DNA from: Octopus vulgaris
Taxonomy: Eukaryota
Length of the DNA: 64,000 nucleotides
Assembly: GCA_951406725.2 (NCBI GenBank)
Contig: OX597839.1
Coordinates: forward strand, 28,706,001-28,770,000
Direction of reading: 5' to 3'
Part shown: one piece after another, positions 52,427-64,000 of the stretch
How the letters are laid out: each line of letters starts with the position of its first letter
Position numbering within the stretch: position 1 is the first letter of the stretch
Translations under genes and position numbers: made by a program
The notes under the pieces: generated by a model
What the model was told of the DNA's origin: nothing
The model's database searches: none
Seen by the model: only the letters and a program-made list of their open reading frames with translations

Positions 52427-53120
52427 TGTTTCTTTATTAGCACAGGGCTGCACACAGATAGAACAAATTACAAGGTAGAGCTTTTCTTTTGAAGGTTTAA
52501 AAAAAAAAAAAAAAAAAGGAAGGGGGAGTTTCGATCAAAAGGGATCGTAAAAGGAGAGAAAGAGGACAAAAAAAAGGGGGGTTTAAAAAAAAGGGGGGAG
52601 GAAAAAAAATTGATCAATAGGGATCGTTATCACAGAAATGTCAATATGAAGTGTAAAGGGGAGGACAGGTGAGGTTTACCCGTGCAAAGAAAAGCCTACG
52701 GAAAAGACCACGGTAACCTCGGTCAATGATGTCACATTTTATATTTCATTTTTTTTTTTTTTTGCAAATAAGCAACTCTCTGTTTTCGATTTCTGGGTTC
52801 ATAGGACTATGCTCAAGGTGGCTTCGTCATTCATACGTGCCATTCTTGCTACATTCACCCATCTTTTTTTAAAACATTCGCTAGACAAAACTTGCCTCTC
52901 TACTCTCACTTTCCTTTTCAAGTGGTACTTGAAGAAGTTGATGAGAGATTGACCAGAGAGGAAAGTGTTTGTCTCAATCCTTTCAGACGCGTCCACCAGA
53001 TACATTCTTTCGCCATAGCCACAAGGATGATGAAAATAGCTCTTCCTTCCCGTTTGAAGGAAGGAGGCGTGACAATATTGACGATAGACTCAGCTGATAA
53101 ACCGACTCGTCCCACACGTG
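52427..53120 (-). mobile_element. 5'-truncated Tx1/L1-like LINE in (GATA)n
   Basis: Frameshifted C-terminus ...AIFIILVAMAKECIWWTR.../...FFKYHLKRKVRVERQVLSSECFKKRWVNVARM...*; 3' end AATAAAGAAAC abuts (TATC)n. Confidence 0.7.
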
Positions 53121-53184
<64 letters not shown>

Positions 53185-53915
53185 TGTTTCTTTATTAGCC
53201 ACACACGGCTGAACACAGACGGGACAAATTACAAAGTAGAGCTTTTCTTTTTGGGGAGAAAAAAAAAGTGAAGGTTTTCGATCAAAAGGGATCGTAAAAA
53301 GGAAAGAAAAAAAACGCTCAATAGGGATCGTTTATCACAGAAATGTCATGATGTAAAGTGTAAAGGGGGAAGCAGATAAGGTTTATCCGTGGAAAGAAAA
53401 GCCTACGGAAAAGACCACGGTAACCTCGGTCAAAAATGTCACATGTTAATACATTTACTTGCAAGTAAGTAACTCTCTGTTTTAAATTTTTCCGGGTTCA
53501 TAGGATTATGCTCATGGTGGCTTCGTCATTCATAGATAGATAATAGATAGCTATGTCGATAGATAGACAGACAAGTAGATAAATAGATAGATAGATGTAT
53601 TTCTTTATTGGCCACGCAGGGCTGAACACAGAAGGGACAAAATGCAAAGTAGAGCTTTTCTTTTTGAGAAGAAGAGAAGGAAAAAAAAGGGGGGTCGAAT
53701 TCCGATTAAAAGGGATCGAGAAAAGAAAAAGTGGGGCCGATCAATAGGGATCGTGTATCACAGAAATGTCAATGTAAAAAGGGAAAACAGATTAGGTTTG
53801 TCCTTTGATAGAAAAGCCTACGGAAAAGACCACGGGAACTTTGGGCAATAAATAGTGTCATGCAAAAAGAAAACACATTTCAGTAAGTGGCTCTCTTTTC
53901 CTTTAGTTTTTTTTT
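53185..53915 (-). mobile_element. Two further 3' fragments of the same Tx1-like family (53185-53532, 53596-53915); a fourth at 54366-54445
   Basis: Same 3' end TTTCTTTATT(A/G)GCCAC; each lies next to GATA repeats. Confidence 0.75.
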
Positions 53916-53924
53916 TAGATAGAG

Positions 53925-53977
<53 letters not shown>

Positions 53978-54057
53978 GATAGACAGACAGACAGATAGAT
54001 AGGTAGACAGATTGATAGAACGATGAGGGCCTTCGTCTAGTGCTTGGTAGTAACAAG

Positions 54058-54345
54058 GATCTTTTCCTTTTGAAGGCCAGATTTCAACACAATTTCTAGT
54101 TAACTAAACACTTTAAAACTTCGTATACTGGTAGAATGTGTCAAAAGAAAACATTATTTTCACTTGGCTTTCTTGATAAATTTGTAATTCGTTTGTTTAA
54201 CGTAGTTTAATTTTTCGAATTTTAACCAATCCTATGCTCTCTTTTCAGCTAAAATCATTTGCTGCGTCTAAAACTGAGACAACATCCTGTAACTAACCCT
54301 CCCCCTAACCCTAACCCTAAATTTTTTTTTCTTAATTGTTAAATT
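54058..54345 (+). mobile_element. Half copy of the palindromic Merlin-like MITE
   Basis: GGATCTTTTCCTTTTGAAGGCC start and internal CCCTAACCCTAA. Confidence 0.8.
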
Positions 54346-54472
54346 AATTTAGATAGATAGATAGATTTCTTTATTGGCCACGCATGGCTGAACACAGAAG
54401 GGACAAAATACAAAGTAGAGCTTTTCTTTTGGGGAAGAATAGAAGTAAATATATATATATATACATATATAT

Positions 54473-54851
54473 GAGTGGCTGTGTGGTAAGTAGCTTTCTT
54501 ACCAACTACATGGTTCCGGGTTCAGTCCCACTGCGTGGCACCTTGGGCATGTCTCTTCTACAATAGCCCCGGGCCGACCAATGCCTTGTAAGTGGATTTA
54601 GTAGACGGAAACTGAAAGAAGCCCGTCGTATATATGTATATGTATATATGTGTGTGTCTGTGTTTGTCCCCCCCCCCAACATCGCTTGACAACCGATGCT
54701 GGTGTGTTTACGTCCACGTCATCTAGCAGTTCGGCAAAAGAGACCAATAGAATAAGTACTAGGCTTACAACGAATAAGTCCCGGGGTCGATTAATTCGAC
54801 TAAAGGCGGTGCTCCAGCATGGGCGCAGTCAAATGACTGGAACAGATAAAA

Positions 54852-54852
<1 letters not shown>
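54473..54852 (+). mobile_element. Major SINE
   Basis: Family similarity. Confidence 0.85.
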
Positions 54853-54886
<34 letters not shown>

Positions 54887-54887
<1 letters not shown>

Positions 54888-55179
54888 TAGCACTATGACC
54901 CGGCAACGACGGGTCTTTAATGCTAGTCTGACATAAAATAGAGAAATGTTTTTGTTTCACTTTTAACACGTAATACTGAAATAGTGGAGAAGATATGATA
55001 TTGCTATGGGCTTGCTCTAGGCAAGAAGCTGAACATTTTTTTTTTGCCCATGAAACTACATGGACCCTAAGTAAGGCATGTGTAAAATTTGAATGAAATT
55101 GGTTGTGTATTTCTCAAGTTTTAGGGAAACACACAGACACACAGACAGACACACATTCTCAGTTTTATATATATAAAGA
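54887..55179 (-). mobile_element. Non-autonomous Helitron-like element
   Basis: Minus: A|TCTTTATATATATAAA ... hairpin GACCCG/CGGGTC ... CTAG|T. Confidence 0.75.
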
Positions 55180-55628
55180 TATTGCATGGGTCCAGGTTAT
55201 ACACAATGTAAACTAGGCAATCGCCTAGAGTGCTGAAATTGATTGGCGCCACATAAATTGTGAACTTCCTAATATAATTAAAATCCCGGTCACACGCCCA
55301 TACACACATGCACGCACGCGCGCACACACACAATGTACGGGCGCGCGTGCGCACTCTCACGCACCAACGCACACACAACGCGCCGCACTTGTACAGGTGG
55401 TATCGTTAGTCATATGTGTGTGTGTTTGTGTTTGTCCACCCCCGCCGCTCGACAAGCGTTTGTTTACGCCCTCGTATACGAACAGCACGGCAAGAATGAT
55501 TCGATATAATGAATACTAGGTTTCGTGAATAGAGTTGTGGGGTCAATTCGTTCGATTGAAACCTTTGAAGGTGGTGCTCCAGCATGGCCGCAGTCAAAAC
55601 ACTGAAACAAGTAATAAAAAAAAAAGGA

Positions 55629-56237
55629 GGATCTTTTCCTTTTGAAGGCCAGATTTCAACACAATTTCTAGTTAACTAAACACTTTAAAACTTCGTATCC
55701 TGGTAGAATGTGTCAATGGAAAACATTATTTTCACTTGGCTTTCTTGAGAAGATTGTAATTTGTAAGTTTAGTGTAGTTTAATTTTTCGAATTCTAACCA
55801 ATCCTATGCTCTAAAATCATTTATACACACGCTTTCCGTATACGTACGGAAAGCGTGTGTATAAAAATTATAGAATTATTTTGTATGTTAATTGTTTAAA
55901 TTATTTTCCATTGCTTTAGTTTTTTTTACACGCGTAACAATTAAATTAATTTAACAATGAAGAAGAAAAAAATTTAGGGGGAGGGGGAGGGGAGGGTTAG
56001 TTACAGGATGTTGTCTCAGTTTTTAGACGCAGCAAATGATTTCAGCTCAAATAGAGGCGATTTATTGGTTAAAATTCGAAAAATTAAACTACGTTAAACA
56101 AACGAATTACAAATTTATCAAGAAAGCCAAGTGAAAATAATGTTTTCTTTTGACACATTCTACCAGTATACGAAGTTTTAAAGTGTTTAGTTAACTAGAA
56201 ATTGTGTTGAAATGTGGCCTTCAAAAGGAAAAGATCC
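55629..56237. mobile_element. Fold-back Merlin-like MITE
   Basis: GGATC...GATCC termini; perfect 8-bp TSD AAAAAGGA; palindromic centre ACACGCTTTCCGTATACGTACGGAAAGCGTGT. Confidence 0.88.
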
Positions 56238-56424
56238 AAAAAGGATATCCACGTGTGTAGTGGCTGCTTCCTTGTATACAAGCAAAGCCATTCCTGGAAA
56301 GAATCATTGAAACGAGTCACTGACAATGCACTTGACGCTTGAGCCCCGACGCTCTAACCACTGAGCCATGCGCCTTCACACATGTCAACAATAGTTGTAT
56401 CATAATTTACAGGGGGGAGGTCGA

Positions 56425-56980
56425 AGGCGACGGACTGGCAGAACCGTTAGCACGCCGTATTTCGTCTGCCGTTACATTCTGAGTTCAAATTCCGCTGGGG
56501 TCGACTTTGCCTTTCATCCTTTCGGGGTCGATTAAATAAGTACCAGTTACGCACTGGGGTCGATGTAATCGACTTAATCCGTTTGTTTGTCCTCTCTGTG
56601 TTTAGCCCCTTGTGGGTAATAAAGAAATAGGTATTTCGTCTGCCGCTGCGTTCTGAGTTCAAATTCCGCTGAGGTCAACTTTGCCTTTCATCCTTTCGGG
56701 GTCGATTAAATAAGTACCAGTTACACACTGGGATCGATGTAATCGACTTAATCCGTTTGTCTATCCTTGTTAATCCCCTCTATGTGTAGCCCCTTGTGGG
56801 CAGTAAAGAAATAGGTATTTCGTCTGTCTTTACGTTCTGACTTGAACTTCTGCTGAGGTCAACTTTACCTTTCATCTTTTCGGGGTCGATAAATTAAGTA
56901 CCAGTTGCGTACCGAGGTCGATCTAATCGACTGGCACCCTCCCCAAAAATTTCGGACCCTTGTGTTAGAGTAGAAAAGCA
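56425..56980 (+). mobile_element. Nin/Deu-core SINE tandem trimer
   Basis: GTATTTCGTCTG at 56457, 56631 and 56815. Confidence 0.85.
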
Positions 56981-57836
56981 TATATATATATGGACATATA
57001 TTTATATAGATAGATCTACATTTAAGACACTCTAACTGTGACCAACCCATATTGTTTCTAACAATATTATTCAGTGTTTCCCTTTAAAAATAAATAAATA
57101 CATAAAGAAATAAATAAATGCCAGAATATTATTTAAGTGTGAATTAGACGGACCTGCTATTTCTAGCTTACGCAAGCGGCCACGTGGAGTCCTTTTGTTC
57201 TGAAAGGATGAAGCAACAAGATTATGTCATGTTGACTTGCCCTAGAAATAACAACACCAAGACGTAATCTTCACATGTTTTTCTTGCTAAAATGAACAAC
57301 ATAACCCATAATAACTATCTCCATCTGTTCAGCCTGAAAATGACGTCACAGGCGTGTCATCGTCTGCAAACAACCATTTTTTTTTTTTTAATCTGGGCTG
57401 TTTTGTTGCTCCTGAAGTGTCACTGGTTTTTACATAAACAATTTCACGAATAAACATTTCATGACTGAATAACCTGACTGAAATATTACACAAATCTAGC
57501 GAAATCTTATTTTATCACAGAAAATATTTTAATTTCAAATTATACAACAGAAGTAGCTCGGTACTGTCTCACATTTTTGGCACAAAGCCAATAAGTTCGT
57601 AGAAGGAGGCAAGTTGATTACATCGACTCTAGTGCTTCACTGGTACTCATTTTATAGACTCCGAAAGGATGAAAGACAAAGTCGACCTCGGCGGAATTTG
57701 ATCTCAGAACATAAAGACAGACGAAATGCCGCTAAATATTTTATCAAGCGTGCTAACGAGCCTGCTAGCTCACCGTCTTGAAGTAATGTAACTATTAATA
57801 TCACATGACGTATGTGTATTCTTTAACACCAGGGAG

Positions 57837-58253
57837 GGATCTTTTCGGTTTGAACGGCAGTTTTTCTAGCGATGTCATATGAAATTGTCACCCATAATTA
57901 TGACCCTAGTATCGATCTATTGCATTTCAATTTGTTTTAGGGTTAGGGTTAGGGGTGGGAGGAAGGGTATCTTTTTTCTTCAGAAATGTAAATAAACCCA
58001 ATCTGTTTTTTTAAACGAGGCTCATATTCATACGGCACAGAATGTTTTTACCTCAATAGACGTCATTGATTGGTTGAAATTGCAGAAATTGAAGAAAAAA
58101 AAACAACAAATATCTTATAAACTATAGAATTTTCTCAATAAAGCCAAGAGAAAAAGATGTTTTATAAACACATTCTACCAGTATACGAAGTTTAAAAGTG
58201 TTTAGTTACGTGGAAATTATTTTAAAAAACTGCCGGTCAAACCGAAAAGATCC
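57837..58253 (-). mobile_element. Merlin-like MITE (asymmetric subtype)
   Basis: Perfect 8-bp TSD CCAGGGAG; reverse orientation of the 37202 copy. Confidence 0.88.
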
Positions 58254-58504
58254 CCAGGGAGCTGTGGTTTTTCGTCGTGCCCTGAGAAGGGCAAGTCTTT
58301 TGGATGTAAGCGTTACTATGATAAGGATGGAACAACTGTGAAGGTGTTAACTGAGGTCTCCAGCTCCTATTTAATGCTGTGGGGTAAAAGCACTGGCGTA
58401 GCTAGTGGTGGGGTGGATGGTAGGGGCGGCACTTTTCATCCTGTTGTAAGCAGTTGCAATATGTGATTTTTTTGGGGTCCGGAGGTGACAAACGGAAGTG
58501 CCGC

Positions 58505-59061
58505 CCGCGAATTTCTTTCCCACAAGAGTTCCGGACCCCAGTAATGAACTCATTTGCATACAGCCAATCAGAGCGCATCTTGACCTTGTTGTCAAGTTAA
58601 CAAACACATTCTACCAAATAAACTCAAGACGAAGAACGGTGTTGTTGTAAGTCGACCGATGGCCAAGTTTTGCCTGATTTTAGAAGGAGACAAGTAATTC
58701 GATGGGTTTGCATCTATTACCTGTTATCGGATTTTGTTAGGGCCCCTTATGGTAAAGATGTGGATGGGGAAAATGTGGGTAGAGGGTGATGTGCTGGCAA
58801 CCCTCTCCCCTTACTGTTTTACAAAATAAACAACAACACAAATAACTACTCAGAGGCAGCCATGGTTGAAACAAGAACAAGAACAACAAGCATTATTAAA
58901 AGAGAAAAGAAGAATGGTCATTCCTTACCCACGTGACCTTATCTTATCACATATCAATTGTTATGCACTCACAAATTAGTTTGATAGTTGAGCTCTGATT
59001 GGCTGTATGCAAATGAGCTCCTAACTGGGGTCCAGAACTCTTGTAGGAAAAAAATTTCGCA
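58505..59061. repeat. ~70-bp inverted repeats bearing octamer and CCAAT motifs
   Basis: 58505-58577 versus 58990-59061; ATTTGCAT-ACAG-CCAAT at 58552-58568 and its mirror at 58998-59014. Confidence 0.75.
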
Positions 59062-59307
59062 CCCCGGGCAACAGATACTCTAGTTAGGTTTGTGGGAAAA
59101 AGTCAAGTTTGTTTCCTCATTCGAAAAGAGGGTTTTGCCAAAAACTTCAACCAGTTGTTAGGGTCTTTAGAGTGGCTCATTGTCTAGTGATTTGCCTCTT
59201 TGATAACTATTGGTCTGACCTCTACTGCAAAATCTTAGAATATCTGGAAGGAATATCTATAAGACTTTTCATAAACGAACATTAATGGTAGTGATGAGAG
59301 GTGGTAA

Positions 59308-59511
59308 CTCTTTTACTCCTTTACTTGTTTCAGTCATTTGACTGCGGCCATGCTGGAGCACCGCCTTTAGTCAAGCAAATCGACCCCGGGACTTATTCTT
59401 TTTGTAAGCCCAGTACTTATTCTATCGGTCTCTTTTTGCCGAACCGCTAAGTGACGGGGACGTAAACACACCAGCATCGGTTGTCAAGCAATGCTAGGGG
59501 AACAAACACAG

Positions 59512-59566
<55 letters not shown>

Positions 59567-59732
59567 TACGACAGGCTTCTTTCAGTTTCCGTCTACCAAA
59601 TCCACTCACAAGGCATTGGTCGGCCCTAAGGATATAGCAGAAGACACTTGCCCAAGATGCCACGCAGTGGGACTGAACCCAGAGCCTTGTGGTTGGTTAG
59701 CAAGCTACTTACCACACAGCAACTCCTGCGCC
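59308..59732 (-). mobile_element. Major SINE, full length (fragments at 59960-60325)
   Basis: Family similarity. Confidence 0.9.
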
Positions 59733-61827
59733 TGTGAATAATTCTTTCCAATTTTGATACAAAGCCAGCAATTTTTGAGGGGAGGGGCATGGCTAATCAA
59801 TACGATCAAACCAAGTGAAAGGTTTTACTTTTGTAAATCGGATCGAATCCATTTCTAAGAGTTATAATGCATTAGACTGCTCTGCAAGTAATATAATCTA
59901 TAGATTAAAGGGACACCAGAATGGACGCAACTTAAAAAGTGTCAGGGATTCTTACCACTACTATAACCTAAGGCCATAGTAGAAGACACTTGCCCAAGGT
60001 ACCACACAGCGGGACTGAACCCGGAACCATGTGGTTGGGCAGCAAACTTCTTATCACAGCCTGCACCTACACACACACACACATTTCTATTATATATATA
60101 TATATATATATATATACACCTGCATCTGTATATATATATATGTTATATCCATACCTGCACTTACACACATGACGGGCTTATTTTCATTTTCTGTCTACCA
60201 AATCCACTTACAGGGCTTTTGTCAACCCAGGGCTATAGTAGAAGACACTTGCTCAAGGTACCACGTAGTGGGACTGAACCCGGAACCATGTGGTTGGGAA
60301 GCAAGCTTCTTACCACAGCCATGCCCGGATTGATAAGAAATTAAACATATTCTGCTTTGGAAATGTATTAATCTGTACCCCTTACCTGTTAATTAAAATC
60401 TTGTCCTTTACGTTTCTTTATCTAGTTTCTACCCTGCAAACATAAAGTAGATGCGGAACGGTACGATAGATCTGAGACTATTTCTAACGCACCGTATGTA
60501 AATTAATTAACTGTTTATTCAATACAGGATACACTATGTCATACGGCATTACACAGTAACCCCAGATCCCTGGAAGCCGGATAAAAGGACTGATACTGTA
60601 CGAGCGGAAAATCGGTCAGAGAATAATGCCTCTGCTCGTTAATAGTAAAATGGTCACAAGCATATTCAGTGTTGTAAAGGAAAGAATTCTTAATTAAACT
60701 TACACCTGTACCGATGAGAAAAAAAAAGCGCATTATGTAAATGGCTTCCTTTGATGATGATAGGCGGGACAGACGACCCGGAATTCACATCAAAAGCAAT
60801 TAAATATAGAACTCATTGTAAAATGAGGCCTGATCTTTAACAGTACAATGTCGTTGGTCTTACTATGTCTGGATGATAAAGCTTGTTTTCTCTCTTTTGT
60901 AATCATTAGTTTTTAATTGTCGTATAATTTCTGTTAACAATTAATTGAATTCATTAAAACGGCGGTAATACAAGTTAAGTCTATTTATATTGTTTGGGTC
61001 AGTTCAGAATTACTTCAGCTAATTTTCATGCCGTCTGAATAGCAGTTTATTTTCCAACAATTACATACAATTATCGGTGGCAATTTGACTTTTATCTCTC
61101 GTTTCCTTTTTGTCTTTTACTGTGCCATCAAATGAAAAGATGTCTCCACTGATACTGACACCTCCCAGGTGGTTGGCCGCATCCATACCCATCACCACAT
61201 CAATTCCATCAACCACGTGTACGATCACAATTACCCGCAGCCTCAGTATTGTACTGCCCTTACATCCAATTTCACTCCTGTCGACCGCCCTAACAATACT
61301 TGTCCCGTTCCACTTTTTTGTCCCTCTTGGGGTCACAAGAGACATTGTACAGCCCGAAGTATGAGGAACAAAGTAGGATGGACCTGCCTCTCAGTGTCGA
61401 CCGGCTGGCCGGATTAATCTGAGACGTGTCCTACTCGTCTGACCTATTGCTAGAACCTATGCTAATTCCCTTTCTAGCTCATGCGTCTACACACACCCAT
61501 CCACTTCTGCTGCCTGGGGCTAAAGAGGCCCACACCGGTCCTACTTCTGCCCACGTCCTCACTCACGCTTTCTCTTACGGTGGGGCCCGTCAAACATTGA
61601 TGTCACTGACTGTTTCCTACCGGATCGCCTCGTCCCCCGCAACTGGACTACAGCCATGATGGGGCAACGTGAAATGTGCGATCGAATAAATCGACACCCA
61701 TACTTACTCTTTGTAAACCTAGCACTTTTTCTATCTATCACTATTGCTGAACTGCTAAGTTACAGGGACATAAACACACCAGCATCGATTGTTGAGCTAT
61801 GGCAGGGGACAAACACAGAAACACAAA

Positions 61828-61859
<32 letters not shown>

Positions 61860-62749
61860 CATATGTATATTATATATATAAGGAGTGAATATTCATGAAG
61901 ATATTATTATTGTTAATATTATCTGCGGTAAATATAACATTGATAATAATAACAACAATAACATAGAAGGTTACAGGTATAAATAGCATCAAATAGGTTA
62001 GATGCACAGTGTGTCCTTGTGCTTAGTATACATACATACATACATACATATGTGGGGATGTAAACACACCAACACCAGTTGTCGAGTAGTGGTGGGGGAC
62101 AAACACTGAAGAACTGGTGAGACTTGCAAAAAAGTTGTCCCTCGATGCTATTGACACGACATTCACCCAAACTCGGACCAGAGGGTTCAGTTTAACACCA
62201 TCGTAAGCACTCACACTCAGTCAATAACTTTGGTGTGATCCTTGTATCGTTTTGCGAGGTGTTGTGGCTCATTTTCTAATATTCCCCGTTACCATCGTAA
62301 CGATAATGGGCAATTAGCTTACTATTTTGTCTTAATTACCTCTTAAAGATATTTACTTTGGTATATTAAAACACAAACAATACCTTTGTGTGTGTGTGTG
62401 TGGTGGGGTTCTATATGTTTTTTCCAGGTATTCTGGCTAAAATAATGCAATACACCGTTTTGTAGTACTGGTATATTCTACAAAATGAGAAAGACTCAGT
62501 CATTATTTCATCTTTCAGATGCATACATAAATAAATAATTTTACATGGATGAAATGATTAGAGGAGGTTTTCACGGTCATTTTAAGAACAAAACCAGCAT
62601 CCTAACTTCATTCCTTGCCGAGATGTTGCATTCTGAATGTTGTGTAACTTTGACTGTGTTTTTCTCAGTTTTTAAGTTGTAGCGCTTACGATGGAGATGT
62701 ACTTGCATAGCAAGTGTCTTGATCTGAGATCGTGTGCTGAAACGAAAAC

Positions 62750-62804
62750 AATTGTGCAGTGAACAGGTCTCGGTCTGAAAGCGACGAAAATATTTTGACA
62801 AATT
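62750..62804 (+). ncRNA. Candidate minimal hammerhead with a G3-C8 swapped core, within a repeat (62690-62875) also seen at 19128-19293
   Basis: TGTGCA-GTGAACA-G-GTCTC..GCGAC-GAAA-ATATTT-TGACA. Confidence 0.5.
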
Positions 62805-64000
62805 AAACTTGAATGTTGAAGTGAATCGAACGGCTTTTGTGTGTTTCTTAAATGGCTTACAAACACCTTCCACGCTTACGACGGTCTGTTATAAAAAGCC
62901 TCGTTTTATATATGTACAACCATTGTCGTAGTTCACTGAAGCCTGTGCTTCATAGACAACGGGAGATATATCACACACCCGCCCTAGAAAATATTTAGAT
63001 TTGTCTCTACGTGTGCATCCGGTTCGGCCTTGAGTCGTCCGCTGCTTATTGTTCTATGACTTAACATTTATAATTCTCATTTTCATGCCTGTTACTCGGT
63101 TTGTTTGGTTTATTCAATTAACCGAAATGAACCTACTCTTGCCTTGACAAACTTCATTGCAAGGCTTTTGTGATAAACTATTTATGAACGTGACTGAATC
63201 GTTCTTTCAGTTGTGTTGACTTGTGGAACTTTATATAATTCATGTCTAACCTGAATATTATGTGTGCAGTGAAATAAAGATTACTATTAAATATTCGCGA
63301 GGTGTTGTTACATCTGTACCGGAGAAGGTTGCGATTTTTGACAAGCAAAATATTTATTGTTTGCGCACACACAAAATACATACTGTCGTTACACTGAATG
63401 ACAGAATGTCGACAGAGTTTTAATGTTGGCAATCTTTCGTCTCTAGTAGACTTTTCCGTCGATTTCCGTAAAAAAATTTTTTTTTTTTACATATGGGCTT
63501 GCGGGAACTTTTGAAGTAATGAGAGCGAAAGAGACTAAGAGAAAGCGATTGTATGAAGAGGGAAGTTCATACTTCCCATGGCCGTAGTCAAATGACTGAA
63601 TCATGTAAAAGAATAAAAGAATTACACGCATGTGTATTTAATGTGTGTATTTACATGCTTACATGTGTGTGTGAGTGTGTGTATATGTGTGTAAATGTGT
63701 GTGAGTGTGCAGGTGTGTGTGTGTGTGAGTGTGCAGGTGTGTGTAAGTGCCTGCGTGTGAGTGTGTGTGCGTTAGTGTGTGCATATGTGTATGTGTGTGT
63801 GTTTGTGTGTGTGCGCATGTGTGTGAGAGAGTGCATGTGTGTGTGGTCGTTATGACGACAGGCAAAACTTTATGTCTGGTGTGACATTGAGAGATATTAA
63901 AATTTTTATTTATTTTGTTCATTTCATGTTTAATCCGGAAATGGGATTTTGTTTAGCAAGCAGATTGTATGGCCTTTTATAGTTTGACATACCTGTTGAC

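Noticed and set aside
63178-63432. 84-aa minus-strand ORF
   Set aside because: No recognisable motif, non-ATG start, and length within chance expectation.

Overview
AT-rich, repeat-saturated eukaryotic (animal) genomic DNA. The SINE families, TTAGGG motifs and dense (TA)n/(TG)n/(GATA)n/(TTA)n/(CAT)n microsatellites look like an octopus/cephalopod genome; this is inferred from recalled repeat families, not verified. No host protein-coding gene can be confidently called, and nearly all listed ORFs are microsatellite or SINE read-through artefacts. Real coding remnants are transposon-derived: a full-length but dead DD34D mariner (41157-42447), a DD37D transposase fragment, a Tc1/mariner 3' end inside a ~1.9-kb palindrome, and 3' ends of RTE, Tx1-like and R4/Dong-like LINEs. 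There are also more than 20 tRNA-derived SINE copies, piggyBac, hAT and Merlin-like MITEs with verifiable target-site duplications, Helitron-like elements and Penelope-type minimal hammerhead motifs. The most unusual items are: a 325-codon repeat ORF with only frame-preserving indels next to a 14-bp higher-order satellite; a hammerhead with a compensatory G3-C8 core swap; Merlin-like fold-back MITEs carrying telomeric repeats; microsatellite-associated LINEs; and combinatorial SINE module shuffling.
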